Below are positions 60,461 through 64,000 of a stretch of 64,000 nt of DNA, in pieces; within the stretch, counting starts at the first letter, position 1, and the number at the start of each line of letters is the position of its first letter. The notes beneath the pieces are model-generated. The model saw only the letters and a program-made list of their open reading frames with translations. It ran no database searches and had not been told where the DNA came from. A program made the translations under genes and the position numbers. This DNA is from Okamejei kenojei. Lineage: Eukaryota. Where the stretch lies: contig CM069138.1 in NCBI GenBank assembly GCA_035221665.1, forward strand, positions 50,344,001 through 50,408,000. Direction: 5' to 3'.

Positions 60461-63400
60461 ATGTCGGCCTCAATTTATCATCACCAAATATAGATCTTGA
60501 AGCTCCAAACTTTCAAACTTCAAACATTGATGTAAGTGCTCGAAGGTTGGTACAGAAGGAATAAGGATCCCAAAATTTAAAAAAACCTGCATTTTCGCTC
60601 ACTGGAAATGATCCTAAAGGGCCTGAACTGGATGTGTCTATACCAGGGGTGAAAACAGATATAAAGACTTCTGATATGGACCTTAATGGTGGAGTAGATC
60701 TCCCTGACGCTAACGGGAATTGGAAAATGCCGAAAATGCAATTTGCCCTCCTTTGGATTATCTGGATCCAAAGACAGATGTGGATTTTGATGGTTCATTA
60801 AAAGCACCCGGTGTTGGTGTGTCAGGTCCTGATCTTAAGGGGAATTTTGAATCTCCAAATGTTGATTTAAAACTTCCAAAAGGAGAAATAGATGCAAGCT
60901 TGCCAGATGCCAAATTTGAAATGCCAAAATTTAGCATGCCAAGTTCAAATTTGTCCATTCCAGACACCAGCCAGAATTTAAAAGCACCGACAGTGACGGG
61001 CGATTTTGATGCAAAACTGAAGAAACCCAACTTAGACATTTCTGGAATTAAGGGACCTGATGTGAACTTTGGCGGTAATCTTAAAATTCGGATGCTGATA
61101 TTTCATCTCCTGACCTTAAAGCGGGATTCGGATCTGCTGCTGAATAGGTTTTAAAAAGCCAAAAATCAATTGCAGCTTACGATATGCCTGACATGAAGCT
61201 TGATGTTCCCTGAGGTAAATCTGAATGGCAAAGGCATAAAGAAACCTTCACTCAATATGTCTGCAGGAAAGATTTCAGCTCCAGATGTGGACCTCAACCT
61301 GTCAGCACCAAATGTGGACCTCGCTTCCCCAAAATTACAAGGAGATTTCAAAGGGCCAAAAATTGACATAAATGCTCCAAAGGTGGATGGCATTGACACA
61401 GAAGGAAAATTTAAGTTCCCAAAATTTAAAAAGCCTACTTTTTCACTTTCCCGGAAATAAACCAAAAGGACCTGAACTGGATGTATCTGTGCCAAATGTA
61501 AAGGCAGATATAAAGACTCCTGATGTGGACCTTGACGGAGGAGTGGGTCTCCCTGAAGCAAAGGGGAAATGGAAAATGCCAAACTTGCATCTGCCCTCCT
61601 TTGGATTATCTGGACCCAAAGGACCAAATGTGGATTTTGATGGTTCATTAAAAGCACCCGGTGTTGATATGTCAGGTCCAAATCTTAAGGGGAATTTTGA
61701 ATCTCCAAATGTTGACTTGAAAACTTCCAAAAGGAAAAAATAGATGCAAGCTTGCCAGATGCCAAATTTGAAATGCCAAAATTTAACATTGCCAAGTTCA
61801 AATTTGTCCATTCCAGACACCAGCCTGAATTTAAAAGCACCAACAGTGACAGGCGATCTTGATGCAAAACTGAAGAAACCAATTTAGACATTTCTGGAAT
61901 TAAGGGTCCTGATGTGAACTTTGGCGGTAATCTTAAAATTCTCGGATGCTGATATTTCATCTCCTGACCTTTTAAAGCGGGATTCGGATCTGCTGGAATA
62001 GGTTTTTTAAAAAGCCAAAAATCAATGCAGCTTACGATATGCCTGACATGAAGCTTGATGTTCCTGAGGTAAATCTGAATGGCAAAGGCATAAAGAAACC
62101 TTCACTCAATATGTCTGCAGGAAAGATTTCAGCTCCAGATGTGGACCTCAACCTGTCAGCACCAAATGTGGACCTCGCTTCCCCAAAATTACAAGGAGAT
62201 TTCAAAGGGCCAAAAATTGACATTAAATGCTCCAAGGTGGATGGCATTGACACAGAAGGAAAAATTTAAGTTCCCAAAATTTAAAAAGCCTACTTTTTCA
62301 CTTTCCGGAAATAAACCAAAAGGGCCTGAACTGGATGTAACTGTGCCAAATGTAAAGGCAGATATAAAGACTCCTGATGTGGACCTTGACGGAAGAGTGG
62401 ATCTCCCTGAAGCAAAGGGGAAATGGAAAATGCCAAACTTGCATCTGCCCTCCTTTGGATTATCTGGACCCAAAGGACCAAATGTGGATTTTGATGGTTC
62501 ATTAAAAGCACCCGGTGTTGATGTGTCAGGTCCAAATCTTAAGGGGAATTTTGAATCTCCAAATGTTGACTTGAAACTTCCAAAAGGAAAAATAGATGCA
62601 AACTTGCCAGATGCAGAACTAACTGGAGGAAAGTTTAGGTTGCCAGAGGTAAAGTGGCCAGGTCATAATCTGTCATTGTCAGGTCCGGAAAAAGATCTGA
62701 ACCTACCAAAAGGTCAGATAGATCTTTCTGCTCCTGACATTAAGGGGAATCTCAAAGGTCCCGGCCTCGATCTCAAAGGCCCAAATATGGACATCAATGC
62801 TCCAAGTGTTAATATGTCTGATGCAAATGGAACATTCAAAATGCCAAATATAAAGATGCCTTCATTTGGATTTTCTGGACCCAAAGGACCAGGTGTGGAT
62901 TTTGATGGTTCAGTAAAAACACCCAGTGTTGATGTGTCAAGTCCAAATATTAAGGGAAATTTTGAATCTCCTGATATTGATTTGAAACTTCAAAAGGAGA
63001 ATTAGATACAAACTTGCCAGATGCTGACCTTAATGGAGGGAAAGTTTAAGCTGCCAGGAGTAAAATGGCCTGTCAATAAATTGTCATTGTCAGGTCCAGA
63101 TAATGGACTGAAGCTACCAAAAGGTCACGTAGATCTTTCTGCTCCAAACCTTACGGGAGATATCAAAGGTCCCAGCCTCGGTCTCAAAGGACCAAATGTT
63201 GACCTTAATGCTCCAAGTGTTGACATTCCTGATGCAAAGACAAAGTTACAAATGCCAAGTTTACATATGTCTTCCTTTGGTATGTCAGGACCAAAAGCCC
63301 CTGATCTGAATGTTGATGGTTCTGTTAAAGCCCCTGGTATTGACATGTTGGCTCCAAATATTAAAGGAAATTTTGAATCTTCAGATGCGGACATAAAACT

Positions 63401-64000
63401 TCCAAAGGGCGACCTTGATAATCAACATGCCCTATACAGAATTTAAGAAACCAAAATTTAAAATGCCAAAATTTAACATGCCAAGTTCAAATTTGTCCAT
63501 TCCAGACACCAGCCTGAACTTAAAAGCACCGACAGTGACAGGTGATTTTGATGCAAAACTGAAGAAACCCAACTTAGACATTTCTGGAATTAAGGGACCT
63601 GATATGAACTTTGGCGTAATCTTAAATTTCCAGATGATGATATTTCATCTCCTGACCTTAAAGCGGGATTCGGATCTGCTGGAATAGGTTTTAAAAAGCC
63701 CAAAATCAAAGCAGATTACGATATGCCTGACATGAACCTTGAAGTCCCTGACGTAAAACTGAAAGGCAAAGGCATAAAAGAAACCTTCACTCAATATGTC
63801 TGCAGGAAAGATTTCAGTTCCTGATGTGGACCTAAACTTAGCAGCACCCAAATGTAGACCTCGCTTCCCCAAAATTACAAGGAGATTTCAAAGGGCCAAA
63901 CATTGATATAAAATCTCCAAAGATCGATGGCAGTGGTGCAGAAGGAAAATTTAAGTTCCCAAAATTTAAAAAACCTACTTTTACACTCACCAAAAAGAAA
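60461..64000 (+). CDS. AHNAK-like: AHNAK-family giant repeat exon (partial; frameshifted in this assembly)
   Basis: Acceptor tttccatttcag| is phase-compatible with 57195. Repeats read KFKFPKFKKPTFSL, KWKMPNLHLPSFGLSGPKGPNVDFDGSLKAP and PDVDLNLSAPNVDL. Frame breaks coincide with homopolymer indels between near-identical repeat copies. Confidence 0.88.

Noticed and set aside
56690-63872. Antisense ORFs over the AHNAK-like exons
   Set aside because: Shadow frames of the repetitive coding strand.

Overview
Eukaryotic, repeat-dense genomic DNA from a cartilaginous fish, most likely a skate or ray. The assignment rests on HE1/V-SINEs, HER1-type CR1 LINEs, SacSINE-like Deu-SINEs and Neptune-type Penelope elements. 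Most of the window is nested mobile DNA: CR1, Rex1/Babar and Vingi LINEs, two near-identical Penelope/Neptune copies, about a dozen short Penelope-derived fragments and fold-backs carrying minimal hammerhead-ribozyme motifs, a Mag-clade Gypsy LTR element, two Tc1 copies, and hAT and Harbinger MITEs. The only host gene is an AHNAK/periaxin-family gene on the + strand. It has a possible non-coding exon 1 ending at 31267, an ATG-bearing exon at 53340-53378, PDZ exons at 56097-56253 and 56397-56554, an exon at 56673-57195, and a giant repeat exon from 60461 past the window end with many homopolymer frameshifts (probably assembly errors). The most interesting observations are: (i) the intron splitting the repeat region appears to be decayed, intronised coding repeats; (ii) a hammerhead-bearing Penelope fold-back system, including a ~600-bp inverted duplication of non-element flank; (iii) an unclassified structured non-autonomous retroelement; (iv) a ~64-nt cassette found at the same site in two LINE copies; (v) templated-insertion scars. 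All calls were made by eye, with no database searches. Boundaries of old repeats are approximate.
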